Shown here: piece by piece, positions 63,893 through 64,000 of the stretch
How the letters are laid out: the number at the start of each line of letters is the position of its first letter
Position numbering within the stretch: the first letter of the stretch is position 1
From: a virus
DNA length: 64,000 nt
Strand: one strand, 5' to 3'
IMG/VR virus record: IMGVR_UViG_3300047557_002951
Location: 32,001-96,000 of that record
Position numbers and translations under genes: made by a program
The notes under the pieces: model-generated
Seen by the model: the letters and a program-made list of their open reading frames with translations, nothing else
Database searches by the model: none
What the model was told of the DNA's origin: nothing

Positions 63893-64000
63893 CTAGACAA
63901 TTCCGTTTTCCTTTAGGTATTTTACTGTGTCTGTGCATCCACCTAGATGCAAATCATTCATAATAACCTGAGGAAAAGTAGAGCCATTACCAAATTCAGC
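63893..64000 (-). CDS. nrdC: Glutaredoxin (NrdC-like), 3' part
   Basis: Manual translation ...AEFGNGSTFPQVIMNDLHLGGCTDTVKYLKENGIV* (TFPQV cis-Pro and GG motifs). Confidence 0.8.
   Translation of the reverse strand, partial: AEFGNGSTFPQVIMNDLHLGGCTDTVKYLKENGIV

Noticed and set aside
1-64000. tRNA/rRNA genes, integrase, psbA/psbD/hli photosynthesis genes
   Set aside because: None recognisable. Intergenic gaps are short and mostly explained by promoters and terminators, so the host assignment rests on indirect signals.

Overview
The window is a 64-kb segment of an AT-rich T4-like myovirus genome, most likely a (freshwater-type) cyanomyophage. That call rests on gp32/gp59/gp33/phoH/thyX/speD, NATAAATA/CTAAATA late promoters, a glnA-class glutamine riboswitch and an NtcA-like box. 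Most genes are on the minus strand. In window order: (i) 1-4 kb, fibre-like structural genes. (ii) 4-19.7 kb, an accessory module. It has a collagen-like (Gly-X-Gln) fibre with an S74-type chaperone tail, three RCC1-like beta-propeller proteins and a DUF4376-like chaperone. The three propellers are built from 19 near-identical repeats with three hypervariable loops each, and the loops are shared in mosaic fashion between paralogues. The module also holds about ten modifying enzymes (glycosyltransferases, sulfotransferase, methyltransferases, 2OG-Fe oxygenase, a transglutaminase-like protein). (iii) 19.7-43.7 kb, large fibre/baseplate genes interrupted by a small early operon. (iv) 43.7-54.7 kb, tail lysin/tape-measure-like genes, gp51, gp26 (with a -1 slippery site that would fuse gp26 to gp51), tail tube, gp4, gp2, gp48 and gp53. 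(v) 54.7-64 kb, two tandem gp32 genes, gp59, gp33, exonuclease, a free-standing GIY-YIG-like homing endonuclease, phoH, thyX, an NtcA box/glutamine riboswitch/DUF4278 unit, speD and glutaredoxin. I saw no tRNA, rRNA, CRISPR array or reverse transcriptase. All family calls come from motif recognition; no database search was run.
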